From NCBI GenBank assembly GCA_001949185.1, contig BDGG01000001.1, positions 5,447,527 through 5,511,526 of the forward strand: DNA of 64,000 nt, in the 5' to 3' direction. Position 1 is the stretch's first letter. The number at the start of each line of letters is the position of its first letter. Under the pieces are notes generated by a model. That model worked only from the letters and a program-made list of their open reading frames with translations. It searched no databases and was not told the DNA's origin. Below are positions 1 through 10,428 of this stretch, piece after piece. The DNA is from Ramazzottius varieornatus. Taxonomy: Eukaryota > Animalia > Tardigrada. The translations under genes and the position numbers were made by a program.

Positions 1-55
1 AAAATGTTCATCTTTAGGTGGTCTCACGCCTCTTCAAAAGAACCTGCTGCAACGT

Positions 56-586
56 GTGAAGAACAGCATGGAGAATCCGGGATATGGAAAGGAAGAAATG
101 TATCCGGGTAGCTTGCGGTGGGTCTTGACGGCTCGTTTCTCCGTCTTCAAGAAGCAACTCCGATCCAATCCGATGCTTGATGCGGTCGACCTCGCACTTC
201 TCCTGTTCGGTAGCCACAAGACCGCCATGGCCATTTGCACCGGCCGGAACTTCGGGCTGCAGGCCGCTCTAGGCCGTGATACCGTCATCGATATCACGGG
301 TACGCTTCCTGAACACATACTTGTGGATAGTTCTGACGGTGCTTTGGGGACTCCCTAACTGTTTTGGTTTCGCAGGCTGGATAAACACCATCATCCACAC
401 TGCGTGAAGAACCCGGCGGTTCACATCAGTGTCGAAGACCTTCTTGGAGCTTTCAGCAAGTGTCTGACGTACTATCGGAAAGCAAGCTCGACAAGTGACG
501 ATGATCGATATGGGGCTGGAGCCTCTACCAGTAAGGCAAGGGATTCTCCCGTACCGTACATCGACGAGGAGGAAGGAGATCTGTAG
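56..586 (+). pseudogene. Degenerate spliced coding fragment, possibly BEN-domain-like (transposon-associated); may extend upstream of the window
   Basis: ORFs 56-358 and 404-586 are linked by a GT..AG intron (~300-375), but splicing gives a stop or frameshift. The AVDLALLLFG...CTG...ALGRDTVIDI pattern loosely resembles BEN domains. Confidence 0.2.
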
Positions 587-869
587 ACAGCAGTGTCGCT
601 GTTCTCTCTGTCCGTTTGGGAACTCCCTACCTGTTCTGCTTTTCAGCTAGATTTCCATTGGACAACGCGTTAGCTCCGTCTGTCATTCTAGTTTGTCAGT
701 TTGAGAACTTCCTCGTGGATGTTACGAGAACCTCGAGTGCTGCCAAAGTAAAACTACCACTCAGATCCGTGCTACCTTCGTCTCAGTCGTTAAAAGCCCC
801 CCGCGAACGTAGAAGCTAGGACGAACCGAAAAGCAGAAAATACTCCGTCTCTGTTGCCTAAACCGCAGC

Positions 870-1505
870 TTATTTCTGGATAGGGTATATCGTACATTCG
901 GTTTGTAAGAAATATTCCTTCTCAAAAGATCTGATGAGCCGAGTTGTGATAGCAGTGCTCAAGGACTCTTGCAGCATTTTGCATAACCATCTGTACAGCC
1001 AGCAGCCTGAGGGTACCACGGTCTGACTGTAGAAAAATGTCCTATTCGTATAGGAAAAGATGCGAAAGATCCGCATATCGAAGATGCGAGACAAAGACTT
1101 ATTCCGAAGGCTGGTGGCAGGCTGAAGAGGAACCGTGCTGAAGAAAGCTTTGATCCGCTCTCCGTTCAGTTGTTGTGCTTTTTCCGAAGCAATCTGTTGG
1201 ACGAATAGTTCGTCGAGAGACGAAGCGATATCATCTGGACGAAGGCGCTTTTGTGGAGGAGAAAGAGGGACCTCGAAGACTGAAGAGCCCTGTTGATCGG
1301 AAACTTCCACTTCGTCTTCCAAAACAGTCTCATAATTCAAGTCGTATTTCGTCTGGTCAGAAGCTTCGGAAATGGCGTCATCAGCGACCTTGGCATTACG
1401 GCGGACGTATTTTGGTCTGAGGGCTATGCTGTGCTTCATGGAACTTCCGGGATCTTTCCGCTTTGGAGGAAGGCCTTTGGCCTTGCGGCTACGTTTGGGA
1501 GGCAT
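870..1505 (-). CDS. Hypothetical protein with a basic NLS-like N-terminus, probably a transposon-derived relic
   Basis: 211-aa ORF starting MPPKRSRKAKGLPPKRK followed by an acidic region; no recognisable domain. Confidence 0.25.
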   Translation of the reverse strand: MPPKRSRKAKGLPPKRKDPGSSMKHSIALRPKYVRRNAKVADDAISEASDQTKYDLNYETVLEDEVEVSDQQGSSVFEVPLSPPQKRLRPDDIASSLDELFVQQIASEKAQQLNGERIKAFFSTVPLQPATSLRNKSLSRIFDMRIFRIFSYTNRTFFYSQTVVPSGCWLYRWLCKMLQESLSTAITTRLIRSFEKEYFLQTECTIYPIQK

Positions 1506-2485
1506 GGTCGTAATAAGACAGCAAATAACAAAGAGATATCAGGAAAAATAGCATAAGAACAATACAGCAGAAGAATACAGAAATGCAGACAGAGGATGAA
1601 ACAAGAGGAATAAAATTCAAAAGGAGAAAGGACAAGCAGAATGGGACGGCACGAGCATCAGACTGCGATGGGATGTTCATCAAAGTGCGACGATAAAGTA
1701 ACTTTAGGATATGAAGGGACATCCAATCAACACTTCAAAGGCAAAGACATTCGAACGCACATCGAAAGGGAATTCCAACAAAGTTGCGAGCGGATCGCGA
1801 GCAAATGAATAATGAAACTCTGTCGAGAAGACTCAGTTACCGGCAAACCGGCATGTACAAACACATGGGTAAACCAGTAACGTACAAGCTAACACATACG
1901 TAGCGGTAAAAGTACTGTATTACAACGAGTGAAGGAGGAAGTCGCTCCAGCGTTAACCACAAATAAGCAAGCTTATTTCCCAATTCGTATACATATTACA
2001 GTCTTCGATAATTTACTTCCTCGAATACCCTAGGGCTGATGCTCGCTTACAGTGTCCATGTGGCAAACCAATGTTGTTGGTCTGTGCAAACTGAATAAAG
2101 TTTGATTCATCATCGAGGATACCAAGCATCTTCTCACCACGACGTTGTTACTGTCGTTGGTCCTCCGTTAGTCTTGAATGCTGAGCGAGCCCGTGCGAAA
2201 TTGTTGTTCGGTTGCTGAAAAAGCAATTGTCATATCTCGCAGGAAGAACTGTATGCGGTGAAAACTATTGATACCATGTAGAACAGGCCTGTGGCAACGT
2301 CAATCACCGCAGCTGCTTTGGTGCTTGGTTTGGTATGATTGATGGTATTTGCGGCAGAAAATGGTCGCCCACTAACAGATGCAGTAGCTCGCGATCTATC
2401 CGGTTGTCGCATCTTGATCAAGTTTTAAGAACGAGATGATCTATAGGGACAGATCCTTCAACGTTTAGCTAAAGTTAGATGCAAA

Positions 2486-4622
2486 ATGCTGAAGCGGGAC
2501 CGCCTATGGAAGGGAGCCATCCTCTCCTCCGTCTTGCTGATACTGATACTTGCGGATTATTTGTATCTGAAAGCCGAGCACCACCTTATCACGGAATCTT
2601 GTCTTTCGATGTTCAGAGGGGGAAATTTTCTGTCGTTGGATGCTAACCAGAAAACTTTATGGAACCCATCGTGCAAGCTCATGCACTGGAAGAAACTGAA
2701 GTGACGTCTTCGGCCATTCTCTTCGTACATATTGAGATGCTGGTACCCAGAGTAACAGTACATAACTATGTTTGTCGTTGCAGTGAGTCCACCGCTTGTT
2801 TACGGAAACAGTCCTTGGGTCAGAGAAAAGCAAACCATATTGTTTTGCTGGGAGATTCTCGCATTAGACAGCTTCGTGATGGATAAATATACCACCTCAC
2901 TGGTATGGAACACGACGTTTTTGTCAATACAACTGTCACAAAAATCAAGCAACCGCTAACAAACATGGAGGTACGGTGACCGTTATACCGATAGCGAGTT
3001 TACGCATCGAGTTCCTCTGGATGGTGGAAATGGATGCAGGAGATGGCGCTTTGGGAGTGGCACTTCGGGGCTTAAAACTCAGGAAATCCAAGCCCGACTT
3101 GATCATGATTGGCTCAGGAGTCTGGATTACAAAACGATGCACCGCCGAAAACATAACACAAGACATCTGTCTCGAGGGTTATCAAAAGTATTGCGGTCGT
3201 TGATCCAAACAACCGAAGAGCAACCACTCCCGTTGGGCCTGGCTAGGCTGGTTGGTGCTTGTGTAAAACTTATGAGTACTTTTTAGAGCATCATACGCCC
3301 ATCTCCGTTTCGATACTTTTTCTGAGAACGTTCACTCTGCCCAAGCAGGAAGTGACGTCATGACCTCCTCTCTAACGAAATTCGAAAAACGGGGAGCCGT
3401 TGTTCACTTCGTATGGCACCACTAAGTTGTTGTGTGTCTACTGAACCTGTATCTTCGGTGGCATTGAGTGGTCGGGAACAAAAACGAAGGGGATTTACAG
3501 CCGAACACTTCTACCTTTCACGTAAATCGAAATAAATTTTCCATTTTCATCGAAAATTTTCTCAGAGACAACCATCGATGAAAACCATCGTCGGTAACAA
3601 AAATGAAATAGATCGACTACTATAAACTTCTACCGTTTAAAGTAAATCAGAATATGTTTTCGGCTTTCATCGATCGTGGTACCTGACAAAAATGTCGGTA
3701 AAAATAGAAGAATTTACTACGATTTGCATTTCATCTGAAACGGTAGAAGTGTTTCGGTGTGAATTTGTCTGACGGTAAAGAGTTGTCCAAGACATCACTT
3801 TCTGCTTGTACACAGTATGTTTGGGCCTTTTATTGTCAGTGGTGTATCGGATAAAAGCATCATAACGGAGATCAGCGTAATATGCTCGTAAACGTCTCCT
3901 CGTTGATACTGGCAGGTTTCGTTACTTCGAAGTAAAGCTAGATAAACTCTTAGTCAAGTTCGGGTCTTGGTGTCGCGTTATGGGTTCGTGTCACCAGATC
4001 ACAGGGCGATCGAGAGACACCGTTTTGGAGACCAGTATCTTTGGACCAAACTATCGGCCACATGCACCAGTATAGATTAAGTTACACTTCAAAATGTCTC
4101 ACCTGTTGCATCCATGATGATCGAGTTTAATTTTAGAAACGTCACAACTCAGCTGCAGATTTTGAACCGCGACTTCTTTACCAGCTCCGTCATATGGACG
4201 CCGCAAAATCTGGTAGGTGAACGGCGATTGTATCAGTGGATTATTCTCACAGGTACGTGATGATTGGACTACGCTTCCATCGACCTATATTTGTTTCCCA
4301 AGTACAGCAAGAACATAAACATGAGAAGTTCTTTATTCACAGAGAACTTACGAACCAAAACATGATACTGTACAATGCTGCTGTGCGTGAAGTGCTTATG
4401 CGGAGTGCTGCAAACAATGTAATTTACTGGGATTCGTATGTGCAAGCAGATCTACAGATCGATGACACCATCGATGGAATTCATGTCGAAGCGAAAACAA
4501 GAGAGGTCGACATTCAAATTCTGCTCAATTTTCTTTGTAATCCTCCCATGTCTAGCAAACCGAAGTTTCCAATGTCATCACCTTCTGTTTGTGAACCTAT
4601 TTGCTGCTGCTGTGAAAGATAG
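2486..4622 (+). pseudogene. CASD1-like SGNH (PC-esterase) O-acetyltransferase/esterase domain with an N-terminal membrane anchor; disrupted
   Basis: Exons ~2486-2700, 2784-3188, 4137-4252, 4343-4622. Motifs WNPSCKLMH, HIVLLGDSRIRQL (GDS catalytic Ser), DGIH (DxxH) and QILLNFLCN match the CASD1 luminal domain. In-frame TAA at 2884-2886 plus frameshifts in exons 2 and 3. Confidence 0.75.
3272..3897. mobile_element. Degenerate foldback/MITE-like element in intron 2 of the CASD1-like gene
   Basis: Imperfect inverted repeats: agcatcatacgcccatctccgtttcgatactttt (~3287) versus aaaagcatcataacggagatcagcgtaatatgct (~3853), and caagcaggaagtgacgtc versus gacatcactttctgcttg. Confidence 0.55.
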
Positions 4623-5099
4623 ACTATGACGCGTGAGACTGCTGATATCCCAGAGACTCAGCCACCTGCGATGCTGCAGATCGGCCAAAAAAGAAAGCCT
4701 CGAAATGCCATCGTTCGAGCTCTTTGATTGAGAGTTTGATTGAACAGGTTGCAGCTCAGCTGCTCCGTCTGATTCGGACTGGATGGTGTGCTATTTATCA
4801 CACGTATTCAGTTGGTTTTGGCACTCTTTTCGGTCACCCTGACTATCCGCTGAGCAACTTGTTCGTAATGTCTTCAATCAGCACTCGCAAACCAAGATTT
4901 TTACGTCATCGCGCCACACTGGAGCGGTCAGTGGACTTTCATTTCTGAGTTGGGTAGTTTATTTCAGGATCGCCGGAGAATTAGCTTCCTAGCTCAGATA
5001 AAAGAAGAGACTCTACTTCATCGTTTCGCCCGGACGGTTTGATGATCGGGACGTCGGGACAGGCATATCCCCTTGTAGGGACGGCTAAACGGCTTGTTT

Positions 5100-5496
5100 T
5101 GGCTTAGCCGGAAACTCAACGACTTATCTCGATATTATGTCAGCAGAAGAAAGGTACTGGAGTACGAGTCGAGAAGCGCCCAGTTCAGAAGCAGAATGGG
5201 GTACAGATTGCGGACTATTTGCTTTGGCGATAAAAACGGAATTCCTTCTTGAAAAAGACCCAAGCGAAGCCCGATCCTACCAAGCGAATACATGGATGGC
5301 GAGTATGCGGACCTACTATGAGCAGTGTTTAGAAGTTGAAAGGATCGAAAGAGCCTTTCCGCCTGCTCCGCGTCATAGACCTGGAAAAAATGAGACACCT
5401 GCTTTTGAAATCGGAGTATTTGAACATGTGCGATTCAAAGTTCCGAAGTGGTGGCATCTAACGGCCCTAGAAGGCGCTACTCAACGAAGAACCTGA
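5100..5496 (+). pseudogene. Ulp1/C48-type cysteine protease fragment (transposon-associated), frameshifted
   Basis: Across a frameshift the sequence reads PVQKQNG/TDCGLFALA...DP...Y...MR...CL...FP, the catalytic Cys region of Ulp1-like peptidases. Confidence 0.5.
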
Positions 5497-5730
5497 AGCA
5501 CCAAACAGTAGCTTTTGCCTGTCAGTTGTTGTACTTCTGTCGAATTCTTACCACCTCTTGAAGTTGCTCACCGGCTGATGGATTTGCATTGGGTGTCTTG
5601 AACCCTTCGAAAACCATCACCGTTGCTCGGTAGAATAAAATTTCGTATCTTGATGTCAGAGTCGTGCACGGAGTAAAAGGTCGGGTCATAGTTCGTGCAC
5701 GAAGAAAAATTCGTGAAGTTCGTGCACGTA

Positions 5731-6588
5731 CACTGTCTCCCAATAATGACCGACTCCCCTAACATTACATTCAAAATTTCGTACTTCCCGATACGTTTAT
5801 CCAATCTGAATGTTTTGAACTGTGTTATGATGCACAAGATTTATTCTATCCGGTCACGTAACTTAAGAGGGACACGATCAACACATAAATTGTCATGGCA
5901 CATTCTGCCGGCGTCGAAAACTAGCCTTTTTGGGAGCCCGCGTAGATTGGCCCACGCGTCGACTATGGTGTTGTCTTCGTTTTTCAAAAATAGGACACAT
6001 ATCAGACCATCGTCAGAAGAAAAAGTTGTGGCAATGGAAATTTCCGCCGACGAGCGACATGCAACGACCTGGAACCCATTTTAGCAGATATTTTGCATTT
6101 TGAAATCGCCAAGTGCCGTACCCTCAAGTTTCGCCGCGAATCAGTGTCAGTTTGCCGGGATTGGAAGCTGGAAGTTTTGCTGGATTCTATGTTTGGCGGA
6201 CGATATGCGGTAACACCAAAGCTGGAGATGTGATTGCCATTGGAAAACGACTTTCAGGTCGCTGGATGCCGTACATCGGCGGAACCTCCGATTGCCACGA
6301 TTTTTTCTTTCGATGGTGGCCAGATACGTGTTCTATTCGTGGATCACAAGGACGTTACCATAGTTGAATCGTGGGCCCATGCATGCGGGCTCCAAAAAGG
6401 CTAGGTTTTAACGCCGGCAGAATGTGCCATGACAGTTGATTTGTTGATCATGTCCCACGTGAGTCACGTGAAAGGATGGAAAAACTCTTGTGCATTATAA
6501 CACAGTTCAGTACATTCAGACTGGATAACCGTACCGGAAGATTTATGAATGGAAGAATAGGGGGGTCAGTCATTATTGGGAGACAGTG
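5731..6588. mobile_element. Non-autonomous Tc1/mariner-type MITE with ~350-bp TIRs
   Basis: TA|CACTGTCTCCCAATAATGAC ... GTCATTATTGGGAGACAGTG|TA. The inverted match extends roughly over 5731-6080 versus 6245-6588; TA target duplication. Confidence 0.85.
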
Positions 6589-7924
6589 TAGCCTCGACCT
6601 AAAAATTTTCCGTTTTTATCCATCTTTTGCTTCTCATTGAGATTCATACAACTGAGCTGTATTTTAATTAAGAGCTTGGACATTTGTTGACGAAGTGAAA
6701 ATAATCCGGATGGGCTCACTAGTCCTGGGCTGCGGCTATAAATGTTTCAATTAGTTCAAGCAGCTGCCTCCCTTTCCGCACGTCAAGCTCAGAAGGTTTT
6801 TCTTGAAATACGTACACTCGACTAAAATCCCAAAGAATGGTCTATCAAATAATGGATAGATTAACGAAAACAACTGAGACGGGATTCTGCTATTAGAGGT
6901 TGAAGTTGGGTGAGCGGTGTTTTCTGGTAAGTCCACATTATATTTTTCATTTCCCTTGGGATACCTGTGATCTCTACGAACCTTTCAGCCCACGATCTCA
7001 TGTGCTTTATATACCTATGGAACAAATCGGGAGGGAGAGTGACAAGTGCTGAATTTATTGTAGAATATCAAAATCCCTGGAACTTACAGGAATCACTGTG
7101 GAATAACGAAACCACTTTGACGTAACTATCTTGATTGACGAAATAATGGGACTTGTATGGGCGGAACCTGTGGGTTTCGTGCTCGGCTGCTGTTGTTGTG
7201 GTTGTTCCCTGGTCAACGATAGGGTTCATTCGTACGAGAACAGATAATGTTATTGTGTTGACTTATTATTTGGGTGTGGATATTCTGTGGCGTTTTAACT
7301 GTGGCACAGCGGGATATCGCTCTCAGAAGTGAGAGATCGTGGCAGTAAGAGCAACTAACGGCGACAAACACCTAACCGGTCTTGATCGGCCTGGAGCAAC
7401 GCGATATCTGACCCACAGAAGTTCAATGATCGTACTCAACAGAAAAACGATCTCGGAGTGTCTGCTATGTCTACGCCAATCTATTGCGCTGATTTAGCTT
7501 GAAGCCGACATCGTCTTCCGCAGTATCCCGTGGTAGGCTCATACCGCCATCTGAAGAAGCACATGGGGAGCCATGCAGATATGGTTACTAGTTTCGATCA
7601 CTCTGATACTGATTGGCTCTGCTGCCTACTGGTCACTATATCAAAGTTTTGGTCTTCGGCGAGCAATAACTGTGAGCGGAAATAATCGAAAACCGCTGTA
7701 TTCACCTGCGTGCGAGCAACTACGATGGGATGTACCATCTGACTTTTTGTTTTTGACTGTGCGAACTATTCCCCGAACACGTTTCACCAGGCTCGAAGCT
7801 TCCCTGCAGACATGGATCAAAGACGCAGTGGAGCTCAATAGCGAGAATGGAAAGAGAATCGTAAACAAAGTAAGACGAAGTGAGGTAGTGTTCCAGTTTT
7901 CTAGCTACCAAACTGTGTGCTGTT

Positions 7925-8357
7925 TAATGATGAGCATTACACGCGGATGGTCCGTGTAACGTAAATAGTAATGTGAAATAGTGTAATTGTAAAAGTGTAA
8001 TTACATTTTACACCAGTTTAAATTTTACAAACCGAGCGGTTTGTAACGTATGAAAGTGATGGGGAGCGACAAGAATCACAAACTAGCTATGTCTGCGTTT
8101 GCATAAAATGTAGATCTAAGTAATTGCCTTCAAGAAATAGATAAAAATACGGTGGAAAAATGACCATACTCAGGAAGTTTCTAACGTTTTTCCACGTAAG
8201 TCAGCCAAATTTTAGTTTCCGGCGGCAAAATACTCAAAAATACCGCTGATTTTGGCTTGTAAAAGTTGTAATTACATTTTACATTTACATTACAACTTCC
8301 CGGTGGTTGTAATGTGTAAAAGTGCAATTGTAATGTAAAATGTAATGCTTATCACCA
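7925..8357. mobile_element. hAT-type MITE, copy 1 (TGTAA-rich subterminal arrays)
   Basis: TIR TAATGATGAGCATTACA / TGTAATGCTTATCA; homologous along its length to 52369-52826. Confidence 0.75.
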
Positions 8358-8675
8358 CGAGGGAAAGGTTGTAAAGTTAGCCGCTCCATACCAGGTTTGT
8401 AAAGTTAGCCGTCTAAGTTCGCCTGTTCTCTACCACTCAATCCCAAACTTTTAGGGATAGATCGATAGATAGAATAATGAGCTGTCGAATGCTATTAGGC
8501 ACAGTCAACACGAGGAGTCAGAGAATCCAAGAGATCCGCAATTAAAAGAATGTTGAAATCTCATGTTAAAAAGCTAAGACTGACAATCAAATAGTCAATC
8601 AAGCGAAAGACGTTACAGCCGTGGCTAACTTTACAAACCCGGTATGGGGTGGCTAAGTTTATAACCTTTAACTCG
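8358..8675. mobile_element. Mariner-like MITE
   Basis: ~53-bp imperfect TIRs CGAGGGAAAGGTTGTAAAGTTAGCC...TACCAGGTTTGTAAAGTTAGCC, with a TA on the right flank. Confidence 0.7.
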
Positions 8676-8864
8676 TACTCTGCTGTTCCACCCGTGCGTT
8701 TCCGGTATTAGGTTCGAATAATGTCGGACAGTCGCCTGCCGTACGATAGACAGCAAAATTTCAGTAAGTCCTTCATTCGTTACAATACCCGTGATACCGT
8801 TCTCGAATCTCGAAAGCAGGATTAAATGATCATGTTGCAAAGTGTCCGTAAGTAGCGAAGCAAA

Positions 8865-9167
8865 GTGTCCGTAAGTAATTCCAAGTCAGAGAAAATTCCT
8901 CCGCCCACAACCCATGGAATAATTTACAGCTGCGAGGTCTACTCTGGGCCTCTGGCATCTTTATGCCCGAGGCAGTCAATCGCATCACTTGATGCACTTA
9001 CAAAGTTTCTAGTTTCTAGCACAGCGCCGACAGAGGTTAACGTGAGTGCATTAGTGATGGGTTTGACTGCCTCGGGCATAAAGGTGCCAGAGTAGACCTC
9101 CTAGCTGTAAATCATCCATGGGTTGTGGGCGGAGGATTTGCCCGGACTTGGAATTATTTACGGACAC
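8865..9167. mobile_element. Near-perfect hairpin MITE
   Basis: GTGTCCGTAAGTAATTCCAAGTC...GACTTGGAATTATTTACGGACAC; arms of ~125-135 bp pair almost fully around a short loop. Confidence 0.8.
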
Positions 9168-10428
9168 CTCTGTCGTGAACTTCTCGTTATCTCCTACAGA
9201 TGTTTCTCGCATGATCGTCGCAACTGCTTGCGACAGGTAGGAAGAAAATTACAATGGCACACGTAAAATGGAACCGCGAATGAACAGCTCTGATGGCATC
9301 ACTGTTACAGGCTGCCGTTGTTGCTGTCACAAGCCTGTAAAATCCAGAAGGAATTCCAGCTTTACTACACGAATGCGAAGCAAACGATGTATGCTCTCCA
9401 TGCACGTCAGTGGAACAAAGTTGAGATCTATGAAATTGTGTTGCGTTGACAGGTGGTATTGTCATTTTGACGACGATATCTACGTAAACATCCATGCCCT
9501 ATTGCTTTTCCTTGCCCAGTACAAATCGGAAGACCCGTTCTACATCGGGAAAAGAACTCTGAGAGGCATTTGGGCCCTGAACCACGAGACCAAAGAAAAT
9601 CTCAAGGTGGACTTTGCGACGGGGTCTGCGCTGTGTTTCAGCAGGAAGACAATGGAGATATTAAAACCACTGGTCATGGAGCCGAACCATCCCTGGAACT
9701 TTATGAATCTTGCGAGAACGAATGCTGATGATATTATCATAGGCTACATATTCCAGAGTAAATTCGCCCTTCAGGTGCTTGTACCGAGTTTAAAAATTCT
9801 AGGGTTCTTGACCTTTCTCCCGCAGGTTACTTTCGGGTTCCCCTCACGGAGCCCCTGCTTATGTTCTGCCAGTATGATGACCTCAGGAACTTGACGGAGT
9901 GGGATATAAGAAACGCGGTAACCCAAGCAGCATGTCCATTGTGATGGCTTCCGGGCTGGTTGTCAAAAGAGTAATCTCAGGAAGTTTCAGGTTACATTAG
10001 GCCATTGGGGAAGAAATTTATTTCTTCTCCCAGGAGAAAATGCTGATAATGTTTCACAGCAGTCCTTTTTGCAAAGGTATGAATTATCCCTAACGAGTTC
10101 AGGCTTGTACAAAAAGATTCAACGCCCGGATGATCTTCAGATTCCTCGCGCTCCATGCATACTACAAGGAGAGACGGAACGATTGTCACGGTCCGCAGAA
10201 CATTACCGCACGTAACGCGTTGACAAAGCGGTGCTACCATCGATTTTATATCTCGTGCGACGAAAATGTATCTACGAGTTAGTTCCCAAATTTTTTCTCA
10301 GTTCCCTCCGTCATACACGGAGACCGAGATATTTTTATCCTGATATGGTCTTACTTTTACTGAAAATGGGAAACGTTTTGGATAGAGAGTAACACAGTTT
10401 GATGCTGGAGCATTGAGAAATTATTCTT

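Larger units (their letters stand above)
7573..10282 (+). pseudogene. Fringe-like beta-1,3-N-acetylglucosaminyltransferase (GT31); disrupted
   Basis: Type II TM start, then FLTVRT..RLEASLQTWI, ACKIQKEF, WYCHFDDDIYVN (DDD motif), FYIGK, FATGSALCFSR, DDIIIGYI, VTLG and RFLALH, following the fringe motif order. Several frameshifts and a stop (~9200-9330, ~9830). Confidence 0.8.

Noticed and set aside
2486-10282. Frameshifts explained as systematic long-read assembly error
   Set aside because: Four neighbouring host genes splice without any frame break, so the lesions look locus-specific. Raw reads are still needed to be certain.
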